Under the pieces are notes generated by a model. It saw only the letters and a program-made list of their open reading frames with translations. It did no database searches and was not told the DNA's origin. Of a stretch of 64,000 nt of DNA, positions 39,458 through 52,086 are shown in pieces. The position numbers and the translations under genes were made by a program. This DNA comes from Auanema rhodensis (lineage: Eukaryota > Animalia > Nematoda): NCBI GenBank assembly GCA_964057225.1, contig OZ059897.1, forward strand, positions 6,014,001-6,078,000, read 5' to 3'. Within the stretch, counting starts at the first letter, position 1, and every line of letters begins with the position of its first letter.

Positions 39458-42058
39458 ATGGATGAATTAAGTCCTTTAAAGGAAAGACAATTAGCAACTG
39501 GTGATGATGGTTCAGATAAGTTCACTCCAGATGATATACTTGAGGCTTTAGGTAACTATATTCATATAAATCAGAAAAATTAACTAATTCATTAACTAAG
39601 TTATATGTATATATTTGAAGGAAAACACAACAAATATCTTGTAACATGTATAGTAATAGCTGGATTAACATGGACAGTTTTATCCATGAACGGATTGAGT
39701 GCAGCTTTTGTGACTCAAAGTTGTATGAATTGTTCAGCAATGATATCAATTGTTGATGAGGTAAGTCTAATAATGATATACAGCTTTACCTATGCTAACT
39801 ATATTTTTCATTTATTTTAATTTGATTATAGTGGAATTTACGAGATTCCAAAGCATATATGGCTGATCTTACGACTACTGCATTCATGGTTGGTAATATG
39901 CTGGGAGGTATATTCGTTGCTCAATCTGCAGACAAGTTTGTTAACGTTTTGATTAGATATTAATGAATTTAACCGTATACTGTCAGTGTTATTCTCAAAA
40001 CTGAAATGATATCTTTTACGTGAATTTCACGTGAATGAACAAACAACAGTATTTTTGATTTTTTGATCTTATAAGTAGTAGTAGTTTCTTAGAAATATTT
40101 TGAAAAAAAAGTTCTTTCTTGAATTAATATAATGTATTTTATAAATTTTCCATATAGTAATCATAAAGCATGAATGAACTTAAGAACTTATTCGGAAAAA
40201 CTTCATTAGGGAATGATCAGAAACGTTTTCAGATATGGTCGACGTCCTATTCTATTGATATGTCTAGTTTTGATAGCTATTATTGGAGTTTTCGCTGCCT
40301 TTTCTCCTAATATTGAAATCTTTGCTATATGTCGTCTATTGCAAGGCGCATTTTATACGGTATAAGCTTTAAGGCATAACAGTAACAAGTTGATTAAACT
40401 TGAACAAATTTGCAGGGAGGTGCATTAGTTGGCTGGGTATTAGGATATGAATGTGCTCCTATTGAATTACGATTTTTCACAAATGGTGCAGTGTTTCTTT
40501 GTTTCAACATACTGACTTGAGAACTATGTTTGTTATAGTTTTCTTTGGTTTAACTTGGGTTTTCGGATACTGCTTAGTAGCTCCTCTAGCTTATATATCT
40601 CCTGATTGGAGATGGCTTGTCTTCTATACATCAGCACCTAATCTTCTTGTAGCAATTATATGCTATTTGTAAGATAAATGAAGAAGTAAATAGTAAAATA
40701 AATCAATTTAGCTTTGTACCAGAAAGCTTGCATTACCTCGTATCTATTGGAAAGATGGATGAAGTACAAACATGGCTGAAGAAATCAGATTCGAAGAAGA
40801 GTCGAAATGTTCACAACTTGCAGCCGAGCCAGATTATCTCTACCAAGATAGTACAAGAAAAGTAATTTTATTTTTATATAATTATGAATAGTATATTACA
40901 TATAGTTAATGAAATATATGTATTTAAACAATATGTTAACGATGAACATCAATTTCAGACCAGGAAACCTATTATCAGAGCTATGTAAATACAAAATATT
41001 TGTATTATATACAGTAATTCTTATTTATTTATGGTAAAATATTTTTTGTAATTTAAAAAAAGAAATTATTTTTAGGATATGTGATACATTTATTTATTTT
41101 GGATTATCTTTATATAGTACTCATTTTGTTGGAAATATTTATGTGAACTATCTTTTGATGGGTTTAGTTGAAGTTCCAGCATATATTCTATCACCAATGG
41201 TTATGAATAAGTAAGAATTCATTTAATTATATAATATAATTATAATTATTTTATAATATTTTTTATTTATTTTTTTATTTATAAACATTGTAAAAAAATA
41301 AATTTAGATACGGTCGAAAAGTGGTATTATCTGGAACACATATAATCGCTGCTGCTAGCTTTTTGGGATTAATATTCTGTGATGGTAATGATTATAAACA
41401 TCATTTAAAACTTTTTAACTGAAAAATCTGAGATAATTGAGTTGTTTGAAAGTAAATACACAACCGCTCTGTTAAATAACAAGTAGATAAATACATAATC
41501 ACATGAAAATACTGTACTGTGTTTATTCAAATTAGATGACGTGAAACACACGTGAAAATTAAAATTTTACAGTATTTTTACAGTAATTTGTAATTATAGA
41601 AGGAAGTACTATAACAATCTCATTATGGATGCTAGGAAAATTTTCAATTTCATGTTCATTTATGTCAATATATGTTTATGCTAGTGAAATATTTCCAACA
41701 AATATTCGCAATCTATCAATTGGTTTCTGCGAAACATTATCACGTATTGGTGGAATTCTAGCGCCATATGTGACAACATTGGTACGTTCTAAACAATCTT
41801 GTCTTGATATTCAATCACTTTACGTCTCACTTCGCTAATTTCATATGAATTGCTTAATATACAAAAAATTTGAATGAATTGTTCTACAAATGAAAAAAAT
41901 GGTTTCAGGGAAGAATATCAGCAATTTTGCCAATGATAGTGTTATGTCTGATCTCACTGATTGGTGGATGTATTATCCTTATCATGCCGGAGACATTGAA
42001 TAAGCCTCTACCATCGACGATACATGAAATATCGACGAGAGATACAGATGATGATTAG
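39458..42058 (+). CDS. SLC22/organic cation transporter-like MFS protein, copy 1
   Basis: Spliced: DDILEAL|GKHNKY..., SIVDE|WNL, GNMLGG...ADK|YGRRP, RLLQG, PESLHYL, YGRK, SEIFPTNIRNLSIG...RIGGILAP, MPETLNKPLPSTI. Confidence 0.9.
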
Positions 42059-43331
42059 GAAACAGACTCGTGTTCGATCTTCAATTGATTCAATCATCTG
42101 TCTGATATTTCGTAGTCTCAGAACACCATATATAACGATATCATTTAATCTTATAATAATTATTTTTTTCCTAATTATAATATTATTTATTTTAATAGAA
42201 AAATTATTATTTTAATTTTCAAACTTACATTTTCTTTATACTTTGGACTGATCATTGCCATCATAATTGTTTTCTTTGTGACCACTCTCTCTCTCTCTCT
42301 ATTGCTATTCATGTAGACCAGCCCATTTTTAGGTTTTTTCTTGTTTCGTTTTAATATTTTATAATTTCTTTAAAGAAATGTGATCATTTGTATTACTTCA
42401 TAGTATATTTCCTTTATGATCATCGTCATCATCATCTTCTTCTTCTCACTTTTTTCATCTTTATTCCTTATTTTTGCTCTTCTCTCTATTACTTTCAATT
42501 CACTTTTTCTGTTTTTTTTTGATTTTTTAAAATAATTTTTCCGATTTTTTTAAATATATTCAGCATAATATAATAGTAAAAATGATAAAAAAGTAGTTAT
42601 TGTTGTCATTTCTCGTTTTTTAATTAATATATCAAACTATTCAAAAGAACAAAATCAAATAACCGATGTGTGATGAACGATGGTTCTGATTATTTTTCTT
42701 GTTCGTTCACCTATATTTTCCCGTTTCTAAATAATTTTTCACCAAAAGTTCATGCTTATCAAGAGATTAATAAAGTTAAAGCAAAGTTTAAGTATATATT
42801 ATACTTTCAAATTACTAATTTCCTCTTAAACTTCAGATGATATACTCTTTTAGTTCAGAATAAAGAACTTGTTTTCAGAAAAAAGTATGATATGAACGTT
42901 GTTTTTTTTCATAATTGAGAACAAAAAAATATATATATTGTCATGAAAGTTCATTATAAACTGAGCTGTTTCATATAATTTATATATAATACATATATAT
43001 ATATTCATGATTTCTCTCAAAATTCTATTTCAAATTTCCTTTTTTTCAGTGATCAAACGATAAAAAATAATTTTTTTTTCGCATTCATTCTAAATGATCA
43101 ACTATTTATGATTTTAACGAATTTTTAATTTGGAATTATGTTGAAAAACCGGGATAGTTTACTATAATTATGCTGATTTTATGATAAATCAACACTTTCA
43201 ACTTCATTTTTTATAAATTCTTTTTTCAATATGACTCCCAGAGAGATCATTAAAATAAAATTTACGTTTTGTGTTCTTGTTCTGTGGATGAATATCAGTT
43301 TTTTTAATATTTTTGTTTATTTTTTGAAGTA

Positions 43332-45457
43332 ATGACGGCCGGAGTAAAAGGTTTAGAGGATGAATCAAGTGTATATACACCTGATGAAGTATTAGAACGG
43401 CTTGGTATCGAATTCTTCTGTTGTTTTATACTAACTATATGATTTTTAAGGGAAAAAAAGAGGTATCCTACAAACTATCATAATAGGAAGTCTTCCTATG
43501 TTATGCTATGCTACAGCTAATTTATCTTCAGCATTCATAGCTAAAGAGTGTGGAAATTGCACTGATGCTCCTCTTTCTATTATTGATGAAGTAATTTGAA
43601 TTTTGAATTTATAAATCTTTTCTCAGTTTAATTTACAAAATAGTTTGTGGACTGATGCAACCAGTACGTCTTTCATGATAGGTAACATGATCGGAGGAGT
43701 CTTTGTATCTCATGCTGCTGATAAGTAAGTTTCTGGCCAAGTTTTATTATTTACCATATCGTATGAAACCTTTTTGTTATCATTTTAGCAAAATGGTTTT
43801 CTTTTAGATACGGTAGAAGGCCTGTAACCTTCTTTACTTATCCTTTCATGGCTATTTGTGGATTTTTGTCCTCATTTTCTCCTAATATGTATGTTTTTAC
43901 TTTCCTACGTTTTCTCCAAGGAATATTTTATACAGTAAGTTCTTGTTAAGCAGATTCATTGCTTCAAATTCTTATTCAGAGTTCAGCCTTATCGCTGTGG
44001 GTATTGTGCTATGAGACAAGTCCAGTGTCACTACGATTTTTCACTAATGGTAATTTACCTTCAATCTTTTAATTTGAAATCATCCCCATCCCTTATAAGT
44101 CAGAATTCGATTATTTTTTCAATTTGAAGATAACTTCATCATAAGCACAACCGTCTTTTGTTCTGATATTCTAGTAAATAAGTTTTTCACGCTTGATTCA
44201 CGTGACCTTTTCACGTATTAGGATATCTTTATACGATTAACATTTCTAAGATTCATCAAAAGATCAAACTCTAGATGTTTGAACAATATCCCAATTGAAT
44301 ATGCTATTTACAGTAATCTTTGGAATAACTTGGGTAGCTGGTTATTGCTTAGTTGGCCCGCTTGCGTATATTTCCTCTTCATGGAGAACACTGGTAACAA
44401 TATCTGCTCTTATAAATATACCAGTTTATATTTTATGTTTTATGTGAGTTTTTGAAAGAAAATACATTCGATAATCTTAAAAATGATATTCCTTGAAGTT
44501 ATATCAAAGAGAGCTTGCATTTCCTAATTTCGAATAACCGTATGGATGAAGCTGCTAAATGGTTGAAGTATATGAAATCAGATATAACAGCAAATCAGTT
44601 AGTTAAGCCAGAAGTCATTGAAGAAAAGTAAGAAGTTGATTTGAATTTTTATTATTCTTGTATTCCATATAAGGAGAGGATTACCACTGTTCTTGGAAAT
44701 TTGGAAACACAAGAAACTGTTGTTCCATACGATTATTCTCATTTATATTTGGTTTGAGAAAACTAATTTTAGTAAAATATGTTCATGTTATTTAAGGGTT
44801 GGAGATACTTTCATCTACTTTGGTCTTTCACTGTTCAGTACCAGTTTAGCTGGAAATATTTATGTGAACTATATCTTATTAGGATTAGTTGAATTACCTG
44901 CCAGCATATGTGCACCGTTTTTGATGGAAAAGTAAATTTTACCATTCTTAGCAAGCTTATTAACTTGTTTCAGAATTGGACGCAAAAAAGCTTTGATGGC
45001 CGAGCATATTGTAGTTGCAGTGGCCTTTGCAGTTCTGCTCTTTGTACCAGGTTTTTTGAACATTTCAATAAGATTCAAGTTCCTCTTTGTTCAGAGACCT
45101 CCGTTCTTCGTTTAATACTGTGGATGATTGGTAAATTTGCGGTTAGCTGCTCTTTCTTAACTATTTTCGCTGTTGGAAGTGAGATTTTCCCTACAAATAT
45201 TAGAAACGTTTCAATCGGATTATGTGAAACAATGTCTAGAATTGGTGGAATTCTCGCCCCTCGCTTAGCTCTTCTGGTTCGTTTTAAGATGATATTTAAT
45301 GAAATAAACAAGTATGAAATTTCAGAACAGTATATCAGAGATCTTACCCAGTATTGTTATTCTCATAATTTCATTAGCTGGAGCTGTATCTATAATGGCT
45401 TTACCTGAAACGCATAAGAAGCCTTTGCCATCAACCATCAAAGAAACAGACGCATAG
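43332..45457 (+). CDS. SLC22/organic cation transporter-like MFS protein, copy 2 (tandem paralog)
   Basis: MTAGVKGLEDESSVYTPDEVLERL|G..., SIIDE|FNL, ADK|YGRRP, SEIFPTNIRNVSIG...RIGGILAP, LPETHKKPLPSTI. Introns fall at the same positions as in copy 1 where checked. Confidence 0.9.
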
Positions 45458-45773
45458 AATCAGCAATTATTTCAAAAAAGGCAATAACTATACAATACTT
45501 GATATATATACTTTACTAATTGCAACAAATTTGGGTATTGTAAATTCTTTTTGTAAAAAAGTATCATCAGTCTCTAACCTGATCTGATTAGATCAGTTTT
45601 CTAACCTTTTTTATGAAATTACTTTCCATATGTGTCAATTCAAATTTTAGAAAAAAAAGCCTGCGTTCAAAAATCAAATAAATATTTAAATTAACAGAGA
45701 AATATTTAAGATTTACAATATATAGATATACTTAGTGAGATGAAGATAATAAACATAAAAATAAAAATCAAGT

Positions 45774-47064
45774 TCAAGAACAGATATCCATGCCTTTCTC
45801 AATTTTACTTACGTGGCCATATTTAGTATTAAAAGCTTTGATGAATTCACCAGCGTTAGCATTTTCAGTGGATTGGAATCTAAAGAAAGTATGAGGAATT
45901 ATTAAATTTGGAAAGAAAAATACTTTTCTGGAATTGGAACTTTTAAGATTTCTGGTAACATCCATGGTTTTAACCATCCAATCAAAGGACTCTGGCCAGC
46001 ATCATATAAAGCTTGGGAATAGTAGAAGAGTAGTCCATCTAGATCGTAGCTGAGAAAAAAATAATTTAATTTAAAAACAAAGATTGCGATTAATACTCGT
46101 CTTTGTGTTTTTCTAATAATTGTTGCATCTCGGGTAATCTGCAATAGCATTGGGGAAGTTCAGCAAATGAAAATCTGCAATATTCCAAAGTATACTTGAA
46201 TTTTATTAAAATATATTTTACTTCTTTCCTTTAGTAGGAAGTGAATTGTCTTGAAACTTGGAAGTCAACCAAAACCGTCTTAAATCAAAAGGACTATCTG
46301 TGAAAACCTGAAAAAAATTTTTTCAAATAAATATTATAAAGATAAAGAAAGTGCCTGGCCATCCCATATAAGTAAATCTAAGCAATAAATAGTGTTATTT
46401 TTGCTTAGAATACAATCTATTGCTGTTATTCCTAAAGAAGAATTTTCATTTTCCAGAGTAAGAGAGCTCTTACCTCCTCTACTTGGCAATGAACTTTTAA
46501 ATTGTGTTACTAATCGTCCAGCTTTTGAATATACATAGGTAGATCCCTGAAAAGGAAGTTTTCTTTTAGCATTTAATATTTTTCTTACTCGAGAACAGAC
46601 TACTAAAACACGTTTCCCCACAGGAGCAAATACCATCGTCCATTCCTCAGATAGTGACTCAGGAATGTCGATAAGCCATTCGCTCAGCATTAACCAGTCG
46701 GCATACCTTAAAGCAGAACTACTTTGATACAAAATATAGTTGAAACCTACCTCCGATTGTAATATTTTTCCTTATTAGTAACTATCACTTCTGTCGCTTC
46801 TGTTTCTTCATCACTAAGTTCTTCGTTCGGATCCAACTTACGAAGTAGGCATAGATGATCATGTCTATTCTGCTTTTGTCGTTCAAGATACTGAAGTCAA
46901 GGATATATTCATATGCATTTACTTTTATTTGAAACCTCTAAACGCCTAGAAGCTTGTTGCTGAGCTGCTTTGTTAGCATTTTTGAATTTAGAAAAATGTG
47001 GATGTTCGCCAAGAGCCGTTGGGTCCACTTTGGACTCTGCCATCATGGCGGTCAGCTCATCCAT
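45774..47064 (-). CDS. SNUPN: Snurportin-1 (m3G-cap snRNP import adaptor)
   Basis: MDELTAMM...EHPHFSKFKN...QQQASRRLE|YLERQKQNR (importin-beta-binding domain), YADWLMLSEWLIDIPESLSEEW...PVGKR, IDCI, YDLDGLLFY...GQSPLIGWLKPWMLPEIL. Confidence 0.93.
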
Positions 47065-47166
47065 CTGAAGAATTACACTAATTGTATGATTTTCCCATAC
47101 ATTATAAGGAAGTAAAATAGGAAATAGACCAAATTTGGTTTTTTTTAATTGTAAATATCATTCATT
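47065..47166 (-). promoter_or_regulatory. Operon intercistronic region (poly(A) signal, Ur element, trans-splice acceptor)
   Basis: On the minus strand: AATGAA (47161-47166), palindrome ACCAAATTTGGT (47128-47139), UAUUUU (47114-47119), then a CTTCAG acceptor abutting the SNUPN ATG. Confidence 0.65.
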
Positions 47167-47240
47167 TGGATATAAAAACGAGAAAAATCAACAACAGTGA
47201 TATAACAATGATAACATCAACAACAAAAACAAAAACAAAA

Positions 47241-50200
47241 TTACAAAACAAGAATATCTTTAACTAATCCTTTTCCAATTATTTTAATTCCTTCGTAAAC
47301 TTCATCTTTATTAAGCTCTAAATGATCATCAACTACCTTTTGAAGAGTACATTTGCTTATCTGAAAACTAACATTAAAACAAAAATATAATATATAAAAC
47401 ATACAGTAGGCTCTTTAATTTCTTGATGTGGCTTGAATTTAATGTAAACTTCTTCTCCTCTGTATTTATTGTAGAAGAACATGGCAACAGTTCCGAAATG
47501 ACCTTTTAAAGTTTCAACAAGATCCGTGAGAGGATCAAAATCTACTACTGGCAAACCCTAAAAACAAAGACATGATGTTATCAAAAAACTGAATAAAACT
47601 ACTCTTTTCTGATCGGCAGCAGGTTGGTCCAACATTCTAGATATAGATTTGGGATGGAATTTAACAATAGCATCATAAGCTGAAGTATTTGGAGACAAGA
47701 GTGATTTCTAGATAAATAAAATTCGATTAGATGAACACAAGCTAACGTTTAACAACCTTGATATCGACAGCTTCAGCCTCCCCAAGATTTTCATCTAATA
47801 TCCTCAAACAGGATTGAGCTATAACAACTATCCGTTTCAAAATCACTGGATTTGGTCCATTGAATGTCCACCTGAGATATAAATAAAAAAAGAAGATGAA
47901 GCAAAAACATACTTTGATCCCATCGTATCTTGATTGGTAATGATTACCATTGGAGGTAGAACAGGCCGCATTTTTACGAATGTTCTCTCAATTTCTGCTA
48001 ATTGATCTTCTGACCAAGCTTCATCATAATCCAAAACAAGAGGACAATTAGCCCAAGGGTGTGTAGACAGTAAATTGAGAACTCGTTTAAAAGCAGCAAA
48101 AGTTGATCTAAGAATGTTAAAATATCCAATGTTATTTTCAAAATTAAACGAACAATGGAACTTCAACGGTAATATCTTGAATTGCAGCACATACGATCAT
48201 TTCCAAAGCAAAGTCATTGATATAACCTGATAATAAATGAGAAGCCAACCATCTATAAATGTCAAAATTCATTTCTTCTTAACAACAATATATATCCACA
48301 AACCTTTTAACTAACTGTACAGTTTCAGGGAAAACAGTGTACTTCCTACCGAAAGATTGAATAGAGGCAGACAAAACAGCTTCTGATACATATCTGAATA
48401 ATCATCACATGTTAAACTAAAAGAAATAGAAAAAATATACTTTTTCTCAAATTCCCTATATTGCTTTCCAATAGCAGAAGTTTCAATTCTAGATGATCCG
48501 CTAGCAATTAACTTTTTCTTTTCAGCTTCCAACATTTTTTTAATTTTATCATGAACAATAGTAATTTTGAAAACAATGTTATCCTAAATTCTATGAATTA
48601 GCAAACAGTGGTTTAGATTTTGTACCTGAACAACGTATAGCTCATCCAAGGTAGGTACAGCAATAAGTTTATAGCGTTCAAGCTGTTCAGCAATTTTGAT
48701 ATAGAAAGCAGCAGTTAATCGCCGTATTCCTTCAAAATCTTGTCCCCATTTACCAGAATATTCAAGCTTAACCAGAACTGAAAACGAATCAAATCCATTA
48801 ACGTTAAGATAGAAAAATGATAATAAGAGAAAGAAACATCATTTTAATTTGAGAAATGGCAAAGAGCGGTTGTATATACTTTGCATAAAAATGACCAAAA
48901 TCAACATACTAGGGATTGAGGGTACATATTTTGGAATACGATTTTTTTGAGGAACTCTATAACCTCCCTGAAGGCTACCCCATTGGCTAGAAAACATATC
49001 AGCAGCATCAGGCTAAAGAAGTTGATTACATTAGTGATGAGGGTGCAATAAATACCTCAGAATAACGAAGATAGGGGCTAACGCCATGAATATTAGTAAT
49101 CATTAAAGGCAAATTTTTCAAATTTCTTAACACGCTCGAGAGAGAATTGAAAGCAGCATCTAAAAAATTCAAAATAGTATTTTAAATGAGCTAGCAATAT
49201 TACCTAGCTTATCATAAGAAGCTTTATCGGATCTTAAATTGTCGGAAAGAGCAGAACGCCAAGAAATAATTCTTTCAGGTAATCCAAATTTCCTGAATAA
49301 TAAACTTGTAAGCAATAAAGAGTATTTCAACTTACTGAGAAAGCAAGAACTTCAGGATTGACAGTACGACTGCATCAGAAGGAGTTTCACCCCAGACCGT
49401 ACACTCACAAATTCTGGTATCAGCGAATTTACGCAGCTGACTAGCTTTTCCCCAGAAATCTCGAAACTCTGAATATACAATATATAATTAGAACTTTATG
49501 AAGCAAACGAAAACCTTGTGCACTAGGATCATTGGCAACTGGTCCTACAGTCAATGGGCTTTGCCATTGTTTTCTAATCCTAAATCCAAAGACCAAATAT
49601 ATATCCACCGGCATAGTAGATTTCATTTCAGTTACGAGCCACTATAATTATAACCAAATAACTTTTTTTTAATTCACAAGTCTCACAGTCTTGGCAACAA
49701 ACTCAGAAGTAACATGCATGTACTCATATCTTTCTCCCATTGCTGTACGTAAAATCTAAAAGGTAAAAATTGATCATAAGAAATCTTCATAGAAAAGATA
49801 TAAAACCTTGATAAAGTGTGCTACAAAAGCATTAAGACGATCTTTCCAATCAACAACATCTTCAAGAAACTGTTTTACGGCATGCTCGAAATCATTTGTG
49901 GATAAGTATAATCTAAATATAACAATTATGTTTCGTATATTCAAACGCCAAACATACTTGTAATAGTGATCATATGAGTTTGAAAATTTCTGAGTATCAA
50001 TGAACAATTTGTCAAAGGAGTGATGGTCGCCAATAGCAGGAAGAGAAAGCTTGATCAAGCTTTTAGCCTAAAAGAATAAAAAGCATGTATTATAGACGAG
50101 CTAATAACCTTGTTCAGATCATCAAAAGATATATCGGAAGCAATATTCCAATATCCAGTTGGGTCAAGAAGAACGATATCAAAAACTTTCAAGTATTCAG

Positions 50201-51545
50201 AATTGTCAGTCTCTGTGTTTTCTTCATCTTTTAAAGTGATAGCAGTTGCTACATCCCATAAACCTATAAGTGATTTATATAATTGTAAGTCACCAAACAA
50301 AGTTCTTACGTAAAGCTTTAAGAACATTTCTGAAAATTACAAGAGTATCTTGTTTATCATTAATGACGCTCGTCTTCAACAAGTGCAGCATATACGAAGC
50401 AACAAATAATTCATCAAACTGAATAGATATGAAAAACTGGAGAGCAAAAGATGTTTACTTACTGTTTCTAATTCTCGACATTTAAACCAGGCGGTTAAAA
50501 GATTCAAAGCTTGATTCAAAGTATTTTGGCTAGTTATTTGAGACTCTATCTCAGTAACCAGTGAATGTTCTAGAAGTGATCTCAAGGCTTTCTGGTTGTA
50601 TCTAGGTGTTAATACATCGGCTGCAAAATATATAATTCAAATATTTAATCTTGTATTTCCTAACTTTTTTTGTGATAATTCTCCAGTATTGTTGTTGGGC
50701 GGATACTACCAGTAGATAGAGCAAACCGAGAAGGCTTAGCCAAAGATGGAGCTACGAATATCAGCCACACAGACAGATTTTCCTTTTTGTCTTAAACCAT
50801 TATTATTGGAAAGAGTATCAACTTTTAAAAACCTTTTACAATCAAATTTGGGAATATGAGATCTTGATTGGCACCGGATTTAAAACTAATTTCACAAGAT
50901 TTAAGACTTGCTTTGATAGCACAAATGCAACTGCAAATGTAGTGAGCTCTTTTGGTGGGATACACAACATTCACAAAATCTCTTTTTCCGAAAACGGCCT
51001 GAATTGTTATAATTATGAAAATATTTTTAATTAGTTTAACCTCTGGAATTTCCACGTATATTCTTTGGAAAACTTTTCCGTGTAACCGTTGCGACCTTAC
51101 CGACACGAAGTCCTGTAAAGCAAATTCATCATTGAAACTTCCAAGCAAGTATGACCTGTGGTTTGATCCATGTATAATCAGGCTCAGTACAAGGAGTTCG
51201 TTGAATAATACTATTAATATGGCCAAGTGGGAATTGAATACCATGTTTACCCCAGAAACTAACATCTTGGAACTTGAAAGATCTCAATTTAATTTTTGAA
51301 AACACACCATGCTTACATTTAATTTATGTTTGAATTTGGCAGATTTCAAGGAATTGATCACAGTTTTACCTAAACTTTCGCATTTTTCAGCGATAGCTTG
51401 ATGAGGAGTATGATCTACATCAAATTCTTGACACTAAATTTAAATATAAACCACTTGTATGTTATCGTTTCCCAAAAACCTGAAGTTTGAAAGTGCTTGA
51501 AATAGGCTTTTCCGCCATTTCTTCTGAAGTATAACTTTGTTTCAT
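47241..51545 (-). CDS. nol-6: Nucleolar protein 6 (NOL6/Nrap/Utp22), multi-exon
   Basis: VFGKRDFVNVVYPTKRAHY, PRYNQK, VLLDPTGYWNIA, LTVGP...FRDFWGKASQLRKFADTRICE, LPLMITNI, LEYSGKWGQD, PVVDFDP, final IKIIGKGLVKDILVL*. These are Nrap family motifs. Confidence 0.93.
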
Positions 51546-51828
51546 CCTAAAACCGTTTAATACACAATTGATATTTTTTTGTTTTTTTTTGATAGATAGC
51601 AACCGTAAAAACGAAAAAGAAAAATATGTACAGAACACAAACTTGAAATTTCATCACTTCGCTATGACAATAATAAGTATTTTGCATAAAATCACCTCTC
51701 CAGAATGATACCGGCTACAACTTTTGATAACAGTATAGCATATTTCTAACCGATAAAATTTTCTAAAAATAATTACTATGGACAAGAAAGAAAAGAAGGA
51801 GGAACAAAATCCGCACAGAATCCAAACA

Positions 51829-51879
51829 GACCTTTCTGGTCAAAGCAAAATTCCTGACCTTACTGGTCAAAGCAAAATT
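51829..51879. repeat. 27-bp-period tandem duplication (two 24-bp copies)
   Basis: gacctttctggtcaaagcaaaatt-cct-gaccttactggtcaaagcaaaatt. Confidence 0.85.
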
Positions 51880-52086
51880 AAAGTAAAACACCTCTAAAGG
51901 TTATAAACCCATATGCGCAAAAATTATCACAAATAATGAGAAATCAACACGATACTCTCACAAGATTCAAGGCACTAAAAGATCAATAGCGGCCTTTGTA
52001 CTAAGGTCAACGAATATGTTTAAACAAAACGAAGTAACTAAAATGAAGTAGAAGTAATGTACAGATTATGATTTGAAAAGATCGAT

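Noticed and set aside
40071-40082. ATAAGTAGTAGT resembling miR-252
   Set aside because: Part of a short (GTA)n run with no hairpin.
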